DNA of 64,000 nucleotides. Source: Kudoa neothunni (lineage: Eukaryota > Animalia > Cnidaria). The notes below the pieces were generated by a model. The model ran no database searches and was not told where the DNA came from. It worked only from the letters and a program-made list of their open reading frames with translations. A program made the translations under genes and the position numbers. The stretch is taken from positions 13,617,002-13,681,001 of the forward strand of contig OZ199838.1 in NCBI GenBank assembly GCA_964304625.1, given 5' to 3'. Positions 28,037 to 40,105 of the stretch are shown piece after piece (within the stretch, counting starts at the first letter, position 1; every line of letters starts with the position of its first letter).

Positions 28037-31000
28037 CGATAGAATCTTGGAGGAATCCGACCAATGACAATCAATTATAACAAAATAATTAAATTTTACT
28101 TTATTTCGGTTTAGTGAATCAATTAAAGTCAATATTTATTTATTAATAATAAACTAAAATATCTATCTCCAAAATTCGCGAGAAACGTATATAATGGTTC
28201 GGATGGATTGACTCATTCATTAAATCTTATATGAAATATTAAAATGATGTAATAAACAAATAATAGGCACGTATAACATGTTTGAAAATAATCATTCACT
28301 ACATTAATCGTAAAACATTACTAAGTTTTGTCTTATGCCTGCGCAATCTAAAGGTTATATGGATGTTTTTTGCTGTTTAAATAATTTTTTACATATAAAA
28401 AGGAAGAAAATTATTATAGGAGGCGAAAGATTTTGTTATAATTGCACAAGGTCACCTGATTATGCTCTTCTGTAAATAAATATTTTATTACGTACTCCTG
28501 AAATTGATAATATTTTAATTTTATGTAACTCTGAATGTATAGTTTACCTTTCAGAATAAGATTTTCATCCATTAATTAAATTATAGACAAATGAAGAGAA
28601 AAATTTATATTGAGATTATACACTTCAAATAGATTGGTTGGACATTATGATAATAAGTAATTTCGAAAAGGTTAAATAATTATGTTAAACATTATTTAAA
28701 TAAATTAATTGTAGGTGTTATTATTTTTTATTATAAATGACGTACAAATTTGTATTATTATTACGTGGGAACAACGGCTTAAAAAAATCCGATGGTAAAT
28801 ATCTTCCATTATTAATTAAATACCTCCTAAATTTAGCAAGAGAAAACCGCTAAAAAAATTTATAAACTAAAACTTTATTGTTAATTATTGTAAAAATTTT
28901 AATATTGTATTTAAAGTTGTTTTTAAATACCGAAAAATGCCTATAATTATAAATGATAAGTATTAAAAAGCGAATAATATATTGGAACAAATTGCGTGTT
29001 TCGGATTTAATTATCGTGTGTTTTACGCCACAATTATAAATTAATATTTTTAAAACCGATTTTTATAAAAATATTTTATTACTTTCTTCAACTGTGATAG
29101 TATCTCATCGCATCATTGTTAAAAAAATAAAAATGAATATAAAGATAAAAAATAATATCAGATGAAAACACAAATTTTAAAATTAAAGTAAACGTAAACT
29201 AACAACTTCATTCTAAATACTCGCGCACCTGTATGTGTCGTGGTTCTTACGTGTATCTTTTGTTTTTGCTTACCCAATCAGACCTTGGTAAATCCAAATC
29301 TGTTTATAAATGAACTCACAAAATTATACTAAAAGGAAAAATTTATCGATAATTAATCCGGAAGGAATAACTTTCTAAATTCACAAGACTATCAAGCTTA
29401 GCTTTAGTTCTCAAATTTTAAAGTTTAACTAAATCCAACAAGGTGGTTGTATCATTATTAATCAGTTAGATCATGCAAAACGTGAGAAATTATAGAATAT
29501 GATTTTTATTCTTATAAGAACAATCCAACTATTTGAAATGAAAATTCTCAATATGATGCAAATCACAATTAAAATGACCACCTCACGTACGTATTAAACG
29601 CGGAGAAACTGGAGAATACTTTCTCAGAAATATGTTGAACATTTTAACTTAGACCCAAATGGATTGAATGGCTTCTACCCAGTGATGGACGGGATATCTA
29701 AAATTGTAAAGTATAGATAGAAATGTACTTTTATAACAAGTTTCCCAAAAAATAAATGTTAATTAGATTGTTTTAAAGAAGATAACTGAGTTTTATTTTT
29801 CATGCGCGCGTGATTATAATTGATTAAAAGTTGTCGCTATACCATTCCTTTAACTATTTTTCGTACGCGCAATCTGTTGCAAATAAAACAATCCTGTTAT
29901 GTTTTAAATACCAAAATATTGTTACTATTAATCTATTATTGTTTGTTTTATCTTAATTTTTTTCAATTTAATATATCTCTTTTAAACAAATCACCCTAGA
30001 GTTATTGATAAAATTTACAGTTATTCGATTCAAAATATATAAATATTTAATCCCTAAAATATGTTTTTCAATTAAGTTAAATTAGATTTTGATACGAAAA
30101 GCATTTTTATGTAATAAGTTGTCCAGAACCTTATTATTAATGCTGTATGTTGTATTATAATTTATAATGCATTAAATTAACGAGTCTCATCTTAGATCTC
30201 TCTAACATCTTAGGTGAACGAAAAAAGTAGAAATTTGCACCACTGTGACCAAGAAGATAACTTGGCGCCAATTTTTAACCAAATATTGTCATATACAGAA
30301 AACAGAACCAGCTGAAAATTGTAATATTTTCTATCTCAATTATGAAAAATCGAAATATCAAAAACTTCAGTCTTATCGTTATAAATGCCATTTTTATTTA
30401 TTTTATCACACCCAATTTGTAATATTTGACTTAGGTCGAGTTAAAGTATTTAATAAATTATTCTCCAATTATTATACTCATTAGGTTGAATTATATTTAT
30501 TAGAATTATAAAATAATCCTTAAATCGGTTTTATAAATTTAATTAAAAACTTAAAATTTTCACAAGACAACTAATTTAAAGTTTTTACTCATTTATATCT
30601 CAAACTAAAAGTTAGTGCCAAGTAAACACGACCATCAATTTTTTCCATAGGTGAGTGTCTTAACGCCCAGTTGAGAAGCGCTAATGCGGTAAAAATAACT
30701 TTAGCATCATCGCTCTCACTCGACTCGATTAATCACAATATATTAATTCGGAATGTGAACAAAAAACTTTGTTCAAACCTTGTTTAGTTAATCACATACG
30801 AATGATTTTAATTCTCAAACATTGTAATATTGGCGGGGTTAATCGCGAGAGGAGTCAAATAACATCCTCTGCAATCAAGACTTATCGTCCTTGTCACAAA
30901 ATATATCGAATATTAAAGTTCATCCATTAGGGCCAACCTAATAATCAACTTAAATGGGTTGGAGTGGAATTACGATAATTACCGTGAGCCTTCGGAAATT

Positions 31001-31283
31001 AAGTGTTTATTTATTTTTTACGCCACATTACAACTGCAACGCATTCGATATAGCAAAAATGCACCTTATATATGAAAAGGATAACAGTACAGGTGGAATG
31101 TGTCTAAATTTTCTAGTTTAACCATAATTAAATATGATAATATAGTTTAATTTGTAGTTAACCAATAAACATAATCAAACCTTGGCTGGATACTAATAAA
31201 ACTAACTTACGACACTATAAACAAATAGATTGGATTATACCCAAATAGTTTTATCTCACGAGAGCTAATCTGGTTATTGAGCT

Positions 31284-33955
31284 ATGCCAAAGGTGTCGCT
31301 AGGTAAATTGTTATTTTCTGCCCACCCTAGTCACTATTCATAAAGATCGTACTTTTGCTCCCGTGCCAGAATGTGTGCGAGGAAAACGCTTCATTCTTAA
31401 GACCGACCCTAAAGGAGAAAAACTTATCTACTGCGTGGCTAGCAGCGTCATTATAAGAGATATAAGTGTGAGTTTCGATAATTAAATTTTTGGTTTTGCC
31501 ATATGTTATAAATGAGTTTGAGTAATTGGTGAGTTTTTTTGCCAATCGTAGGTGTTTGTTTAGCTTGGATATTTTATCTCTAAAAACATTTGTTGCTATT
31601 GTTAATGTGTGGATATTTTTAGAATCCCTCAAAATGTGAAGAAATAACGCTTCACGCTAAGAAAGCTACTGTCGCTGCTATGTCTCCTAGTGGATGTTAT
31701 ATTTGTTCTGGAGGTACATTTGGTTGATTGATTTGGCTGGTTGTTAATTGAGATCATTAACTCATGTAGACATAACCGGAACTGTCAAAATATGGGCATA
31801 TGACAATGAAGAACATATGATCAAAAAAGAGGTTGGTATTATTAATGGACCTATTGAAGACATATGTTGGTCAGGCGATAGCAAAAAGATTGTGGTTGTC
31901 GGTAGTGGAAAAGAAAAGTAATTTGTTTTTGGATATAGAATAGTGGGTTAAATGATATTTTGAAAATAGACATGGTTCTGTGATCAATTGGGATAGCGGC
32001 TCATCAGTCGGTCACATTATAAACCATTCAAAAACTGTTTTGACTTGCGACATGCGACAACAGCGACCTATGACTGTGCTCACAGGAGGGGAAGATAGTA
32101 ACGTGATCCAATTTTCGGGACCCCCTTATCAAAAATCCAACAGTTTCAAGGTAAGCACATTCACTTTTGTGTTGGTTAATCAAAGCCTTGATTAGGATCA
32201 CGCAAGTTTTGTCAATTGTATCAAATACTCTCCAGATGGCTCCAGAATCGCCAGTTGTGGACAAAATGGATCTGTATATAAACAGCTCATTGTGATACAT
32301 CGCTAAATTTCATTTCTAAGGTGATCATTACAGATGCCACAAAAATGGAGGAACGTTTCCAACTGCATGAAGAGGGAGCTCAAAAAGCTCATTCTAAAGC
32401 AGCCTATTCTGTAAATATTAATTTAGTAGTGTGATAACTAAATTAAACTTTTACGTATTAAAGGTTTCATGGAGTCCAGATGGCAAATATTTGTTGAGTG
32501 CATCTGGTGATAACACTTGCAAGGTGTGGAATGTGGATGAGAAGAAATGCGAAACGTAACAACTCGTTTCATAATATTATTTATAAATTCTGATATATGA
32601 GATAAATGTCGTTTTTGTAGTGTGTTCAATTTGGGTACATCATTGAGTGATAACCAAATGGGATGCTTGTGGGTAAAAGACAATTTGATTTCGGTTTCAT
32701 TGTCTGGTAAAATCAACTTCCTTAATCGAAACGATCCTACCACCCTTCTTCGTTACTTTTGGGTGATGCTATGGTGTTATGATGTGATGTGATTTTCGAT
32801 TTTTAGGGAAACAACAAAAGTGTCGTTTCTATGATTGCAAACAAAAACATGAACTACATATTCACCAGCAGTTGTGAAGGCCATATTAGTAAAGATTGTG
32901 TGTTAACAGTGGTGCAAATATCGGTGGATTATTTGTAGATCGATTTACTGTGGCTACAGGAGATTGTGAGATGATAGAGGGTGCTGGTTTCACCACCCAA
33001 GTCACCGATATCGATTCCTTCGAGGACAAACTAGTGGGTTGTGGTCTTGATGACAAAGTTAGATTCGCATCTATTAAAGATATGAAATACTTGTATGTTG
33101 TTATGTGCTAGTGAGACTATGAATAGAATATTCTCTTCATATAGGGACATCCCTGCTATTTCTCTCGCAACTCAACCTCAAAGAGTAGTTATGATCGATG
33201 AGAATATGTGTGCTGTTGGATGTTTGTCTGATGTAATCGACTATCATTTTTAAATGCTTTTCAATAATGCGTATACATTTAGATAACACTTATTTCCAAC
33301 AACGCTATTGTTAGCACAGTAGCAACCAACTACCCAGTCAAGGGACTTGCTGTTAGAAAAGGCTCAAAATGCACAATTGCTGCTGGCGGGGAGGTATTGC
33401 AATAATTGCATATGTTATTCTTTATCTTTGATGATATGATCAATTAACTTTGTGTTTTTAGAACAAAAATGTTGTGTTTTACAAGATTGAAAACAACAAA
33501 ATATCCATGGACGAATCATTGAAACAGATCCCTATTGGACATGATATTTGTTATCTTCGCTACTCGGATGATAACAAGTTTTTGGCTGTCTGTACAACAA
33601 ACAAAACTTTGATGATTTATGATGCAGATTCTCTCGAAGTATTTCATAGATCTGTCACAGTGTCACAGAATTATGGATTCACTTTCCGTTTTTGTTGTAG
33701 ATGATTCAGCAATGGACTGGACACAGCAACAGAGTTTCCTGTGCAGCTTGGAAGCCTAATGAATACTACATAGCCAGTTGTGGTGTTGATGGCAACATTA
33801 ATGTGTGGTCAAAAGATGAACGCTTCTTCCGTATCGAATGCAGAAATGCGCACAAATCATACAGCATCCCGTCCATTGTCTGGTTGAAAGATAACATCAT
33901 TGCTACTGTTGCCCAGCAGGGATTCTCTATCAAATTATGGAAAGTTGAACTATGA
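31284..33955 (+). CDS. WDR1: WD repeat-containing protein 1 / actin-interacting protein 1 (AIP1), many short exons
   Basis: TFAPVPECVRGKRFILKTDPKGEKLIYCVASSVIIRDI; HAKKATVAAMSPSGCYICSG; GPIEDICWSGDSKKIVVVGSGKE; WDSGSSVGHIINHSK; RPMTVLTGGEDSNVIQFSGPP; HASFVNCIKYSPDGS; NQMGCLW; C-terminal WTGHSNRVSCAAWKP...IKLWKVEL*. The start ATG (31284, requiring a 28-nt intron) is tentative. Confidence 0.93.
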
Positions 33956-34926
33956 TTTCACTAAAACCATTTTTCAATAGCTATTAACAATTATTACTAC
34001 CATAATTCTAGTATCTAGTTTGTCTATCACTACGATTACTGTTGGAACTTTATTAGTCGTTGTTCTTGGATATTTTAATATCCTCGGCCTTTTTCTTTAT
34101 GCATTCCTTATATATTTCTATTCCACTCTCTTTATAGGCAGATACGCAGGTATCTTTAGTAGGTATTGTTTTATTAGGTTGAACTTAAAGCTTGTTTGTC
34201 TTATGATCACCTAAGGAACAATGCTACTGTGAAAGTGAAAAATTATTAGCATTTGTTGTGTTCATTGCTTTTAAGAGTTCGGATATAACTTTTTTGTGTT
34301 AGCTAAATAAGATACATGACGAAGATTATAAGATTGTGGAGTACTAGCTGATTCTGTGGACGTTTTAGGTAACGCAGCTTCCTTAACACATGTCACTGTT
34401 TCCCAACTCAAATTGGACTTACATTCCATTTTGCTGATAGAACAAAATCCGCACCCCTTCAGCGTACGATAAGGCGTAGCTGACTCAAAATTATTTTCTA
34501 TTGTGCTTAAATCTCTCATCCCCCAGTTAGGAAGCGCTGCATCATATGGGCGCGTAATGCATAAGTCGGGATTGAATTGCGACCTCAAGATTCACGATCA
34601 AGGGCCAAGCATACATATCATGTATTTGTCTAACTTTTTAGATAAACTTTGAAAAATTTTTTGGAGTATTAGAATATATAAATACATTATTCGAGATTAT
34701 AATGTATCAATTTTGATTTTTACTATCAGCAACTAAAATATATACTGTGTTGTAATTTTATTCAATAATGCGAAAAAAATTCAATCATTTAAGCTGACAC
34801 AGGCTGATCAGACTTGCTTAAAATGGGAGCCACATTTAATGATCTTCAAATTTTTGCGAGCCATTAGATGTAGAAACCATATTTCGGAATTTGTTATTAT
34901 ATTTATATTTTGTCTAAAGTTTTAAT

Positions 34927-34990
34927 TAATCCTCATACACACGTTAAAAAATCACGTTACCCACGCCGGGGGTCATTTTGACCCCCCAAC
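34927..34990. mobile_element. Isolated piggyBac-like terminus
   Basis: TTAA-tcctc followed by the palindrome gggggtcattttgacccccc, similar to the internal repeat of the 23691-24676 element. No partner end found. Confidence 0.4.
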
Positions 34991-36617
34991 CTTTCTGAAA
35001 AAACTCTTAGGTTTTTTTAATGGCTTTCATATATAATAAAGGTTCATTTATTGTTATAGAAAACATAGACAATTTTTATGACGAATTATTTGGAGATCTA
35101 AAATAGACAACGATTCGTCTGGGGAGTTTTATACTCCGCCAGGCGGATGAGAATATATTTATATTAGGCCGAGGAAGATCGTCAGCACGAATGATAGAAA
35201 TTGCGATGCGATGACGTCGTCTCAATGTGACTTGATTTTCCTCGTTGAGCATAAATACACATTATGCAGATTGGTGGATGAGCCTAAATTAAGAATTATA
35301 GGTTTACTATTAAAGTTAAACTCATAGGTTCCTGTATTTATAGGTTCTGTATTCACGAATAGACACCATGAAAATCTTTCTCATATTTCTGATTAAAGCA
35401 AATACATTCGTAGGGACAAAAAAACCAACGTTCCCCGAAATTATTACACAATATTGTAGATACATATGAAAAATGGTTTACATCGTTGAAAAATAGTTCG
35501 AATCCAATTAATATCCATTAATTAACGACAATTTTGCTAAATTTATATTAAAAAATGTTCAGATAGAAACGTACATGTTTCGTGAATGAGTGGAGATGAC
35601 TTATTCTAAGTTAAATTGCGTGCGTTGAGATATATCAAACAAAAGGTTTCTAACCACCGTTAGATATGCTTTCATTTAAACTAAAATGTTCATATTACAC
35701 AATATTAGGAGAAAAAAATGTGAGTGTATTTATTGAACGGTGTAAATAGGGCAGACAAAGTGTTTAATTTTTATTCTTTAAATTTTCAAACAATTCTTGC
35801 ATAAAAAATTAGATTAAAATATGAAGTCAGAGTTGAAATATCATCTATAACGGGGGAGTTATTCGTTTCCATGAGAATAGCCACTGTCTATAATTTTTAA
35901 AAATGACGAATAAATCTGTTAGTCTTCGAATACGAACTAAATGTTGACAGATCTTATGGTAAAACCATGTAAATGGCCTTATTGCTAAATTCAATCTCAT
36001 CATAATAGCCTTGATAGTCTGGTCGTAATCGGTGGTTTAAAATATTCCTTCATCACATATAAATTATGTATTATTTAAAACAGTTGTTTAGAAATTTTTC
36101 TATTTCCAAAAGGAGAAAATTTTCGGTGAGTTACAATTTACGTCGAGCATTTGAATAAGAGAGTAATTTCTTAATATTTATTAAGTATATTCTAATAATA
36201 TTAGTTTTTCTAGTATAACAAACGCTCTTTATTTAAAATACAATGTCAGTTGCTTATGTATTATTCAGAGTTATTAAAAAAATGGTGAAGAACATGATTT
36301 TTTATGTATTGAGGCTTAAAATGTCTTTGAAGATGAAATATAAAATTTTTTAATTGTATATTATAATAATTAATTTTCAAAAATAAACTAGAGATAAACA
36401 ATTTTTTTTTCTCTTAGGTGTGTTTACAGGAGAACATCGAATAAATCCGATGGGGTTCAATAATGAATAAATGTTAAATTCGTGCGTTATTGTTAATCAG
36501 GATAACTGCATGGTCCTATGAATTTCAAAGTATCCAAATAACTTTGTGAGAAAAATTTAACGAAACGAAAAGTCAAGTCTAAATTTTTAAAAACCACGTT
36601 TCAACTCCTGAGAGTTA

Positions 36618-36651
36618 AATGCGGCTCGCGAGCCGGGGTTTCGCCACCTCT
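36618..36651. mobile_element. Isolated hAT (Charlie-like) terminus
   Basis: Reverse complement reads CAGAGGTGGCGAAACCCCGGCTCGCGAGCCGCAT, typical of Charlie/Buster ends. A possible eroded partner lies near 34800-34865. No TSD. Confidence 0.45.
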
Positions 36652-36660
36652 GCTTTAATA

Positions 36661-37842
36661 TAGTGTTTCAAGTTCAAGATGCATTTACGTCCAATCATGA
36701 AACAAATATTATAGATTCAGCTGATATAATAATTAATTAAACCGTGAAAAAAAGAAAATATAACAAAACAAATATGACTTCACGAGATTTAATTTTAAAT
36801 TTATCAGAAGTTCGTTATTTTTAATTAATTAGCTATATAACTTTAAGGAATAAGTCCCAACTAAACAAATTGCCAAGTATGTTGGAATTCATCCAACAAC
36901 TGCCACAAGAATTCTTAAATTGAAGGATTCTATGGGAAATGTGGAAAAGAAAAAAATGGGAGGCAACCGACGTCAATTATTATACGACGAACATCAACAA
37001 TTCCTAAAACAACTTGTTGACGACGATCGCACTATAACATTAAAATCTTTAAGGGAAATACTAAATTCACAATATAACTAACATTAGTGTGTCCAGGCAA
37101 ACGATTGCTAATGTTCTTGAAGGATTTCACTATTCATTACAAAAAATTTCCATAGTTCCTGTTGGCAGAAATCTACCCGAGAATATAGAGAAAAGAAAAA
37201 AGTAAATTATATATAACAAATTAAAATGAAATTTAAATTAGTTATGTAATAAATTATCTTCAACAAAAGCCAAATTATTCCCTTGTTTTTTATATTGACG
37301 AAGCAGGATTCACTTTATCAATGAGACGCTTTTTTTGAAGGTCCCCTATTGGATCTAGAGCAAATTTAATCATGAGGACCGTCCGCTCCAAAAATATTAC
37401 ATTGATAGCCGCAATGAGCGCCCAGAAAGTATGGTCAACCAAAGTACACGAGGGCTCAGTAAATGAAAATATATTTTCTGAATATTTCATCCAACTTTTT
37501 ATGGAGTTACAATTGAACGGTGTATCAAATGCATTGCTCATAATGGACAATGTAAGGTTCCACAAAACTGACTACATCATGGATCTCGTGATAGAAACAA
37601 ATCACTCGATTCCGTTTCTACCGCCATATTCCCCGTTCCTTAACTTGATCGAGGAACTTTTCAACCAACTAAAAGTAATAATGAGACACAAGAACCAAAC
37701 AACCAAAACTGAACTCATAGAGGCGATAAAATCTAGTCCAAATGATGCTCAAACAACGAAGTTATTGAAAATCGATTTATTGTTTTGATATTTAATAATT
37801 ACCTATTTTTTTCAAATAATGCGTCTTGAACTTGAAACACTG
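36661..37842 (+). mobile_element. Tc1/IS630-like DD34E transposon with defective, intron-containing transposase
   Basis: TA TSDs at 36659-60 and 37843-44. ~24-bp TIR (c/t)agtgtttcaagttcaaga(t/c)gcatt. HTH region, YIDEAGF, IMDNVRFH..LPPYSPFLNLIE (34-residue spacing). In-frame stops and a frameshift. Confidence 0.92.
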
Positions 37843-39789
37843 TATATATACATATAGAGTTTAAAATCGATAAAACACTATTGTCAATTACGACAATGAC
37901 TGATTTAATAATAAATTCATGGACAAATACAAATGTTAATCTTTTAGTCTTTATAAAAATTAAAAACTAATTTATTGATAACTGGTTCATTATGCGGCAT
38001 TAAAATTAACGAAAAAAAGTTAATAAGGTTAAATATATTAAAAATTGCCCAGATTCCAATGTTTCTCGAACATTGAGTATACCCGATTACTCATTATCCG
38101 AAATAGAATCTTTACAGTCTCCATTTAAACACTTTAAAAGACTAATACGTTTTCGTACAAACCAACACACACCTCACACAGCCATTTGCAAACGCTCAAA
38201 TTCTCACGTTGGTTTATGCGAAAACACATTAGTCGTTTGTTGTCGCTAAACACCAGAACAAACTATTAATCACGACATTAAAGTTTTGCAAGGAAGGAAT
38301 AGCATACTCAACATGAGACCAATGAATTGGTAGTCGTACAAAAAGTAAATCCAAATATCTTCCAGGGTATTTTCTAAATAAAACCATGATTATTTCAGTA
38401 TAGAATAGCCATTAATTTCTTACAAGCATGAATCATTAATACATGAATTGATTCGAATATAACGGAAAAAGGACAAAATTGAACTAATCCAGCTTTGGTT
38501 TTGTTATCAAGTCTAAAATAATATTAAAGGTTTTTTCATAGAAATATCAATAATCATACCATTCGACGTAAACAACAAAGTTGATTTGTTGTATTCAGTA
38601 GGTATCTTCCAAAATATGTAAGTGTTATTCATCCATAATAGAGGAATTGGCGAAAGTAAAAAACCAGAAAAAGCTAATCTAAAAAATGAAATAGATACGG
38701 ATATTTCTAAAATAAAATCATTTAATACGAATAACAACCTTGATTTGTTGTAGCGAAAACATATCTTCCAAAATCATATTCAGTCTTCTAGTTTTATGGA
38801 ATTTTGCCAAAGCATAAAATTCATTGAATATTTAGCTACACAGGGAGATTAATAAAACAAAGAATTTCAATAAATCATACTATTGGCAGATAAAACAAAA
38901 AAATTAGGTTTTTGAACGAAGATTACATAGACAACTATCATTCGATTATCGTTGAATTGACACTATATTTAATGTAAGAATATTAAATGTTGCATGTATA
39001 TTTATACCATGACATTGATAATTTTGTTATCTTAACGCTTCCGAATAGACTATGTTCTTTGATTTTCCATCGGGTGCCAATACGTAAAGGTTTCGTTTTG
39101 AACCAACGCGAGGCACGGCAACATATAACTGACCGTGTGAAAGATAGGGTTCTTGAAGGTGCATGTTGTGGGAAGAAAACAACAAATAAAGTGTTTGTTA
39201 TAATCCCTTATTAAATATAGCGGCGCCCAAATGTGAACGTGTGACCTCATTAGTGGTTAGTATCGTTTGTTGGTTTGGATACGTGTCCTTTCTCTAATAC
39301 ATAACAGTGCAGACCAGCTATTTTAAATGTTTGTCCTGGGGATTTATTAGTGGACATTGCAAAAGAAACTTTAATTGGAAACTGTAATCTTCTGACGGTA
39401 AATGGTACGTCTGATGGAACAATGGGTATTCTTGGGATATGTACATTTTCGCTCGTTGCACTGCCCGTCATGAATGTTTTCTCAATCAGATGAGCCACCA
39501 GATGTTTAACTATCAATCGAGTTCCTTTGCATAGACGTGGTACGTCCTGATTCCTCAATAACATAATGGGAGCACCAATTTTAAGAACTAATCTGTGTGA
39601 GGGTACACCAGGCAATTCTAAGCAATTTAAAAACTCAGTAGGATAGTTGACACATTCGGTTGGGTCAACATTAGTGTCGATAGGTCTATAAGTCATTTCT
39701 TCTCCAGGCAACAGTTGAATCATCTCGTTGTTTATGGTGTTCACCACTTGATTGGTAGGGGCAAGAATTGCCCTTTTATATAACTGTTG

Positions 39790-40105
39790 TATCCTCGAGT
39801 GCACGGGGCAGAAAGAAACAAATGAAAAAAACTCGAAAAAAGAGAATGCTAATTTTAGTAAAAAGTAACGTTATATGTGGTGAGGCGGACCCTACATCCG
39901 ATTGCCGAACATGTGAACATTCACCTCTGGGTATTCCTGTGTGAATTTTACCCATTTTTTAGTTTTACCGTTTTTTAGTTAACCGCATTACTCACTTATT
40001 GGCAATCGGAGTAGGCCCGCCTGATAATTCTGGTTCCTTTAAATTGTTTATGGTTTTTTGACGGATATCGTACGGTTGGTCACGATACCCAAACATAACC
40101 AAGAT
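39790..40105. mobile_element. ~310-bp insertion in the Helitron helicase containing an inverted repeat
   Basis: Helicase homology breaks between ..EKVF and RAILAP. The insert holds aggcggacctacatccgattgcc (about 39882) and its near reverse complement ggcaatcggagtaggcccgcct (about 40001-40022). Boundaries approximate. Confidence 0.55.

Noticed and set aside
30590-31000. GC-richer segment with short open frames on both strands upstream of WDR1
   Set aside because: No consistent exon chain or recognisable homology.
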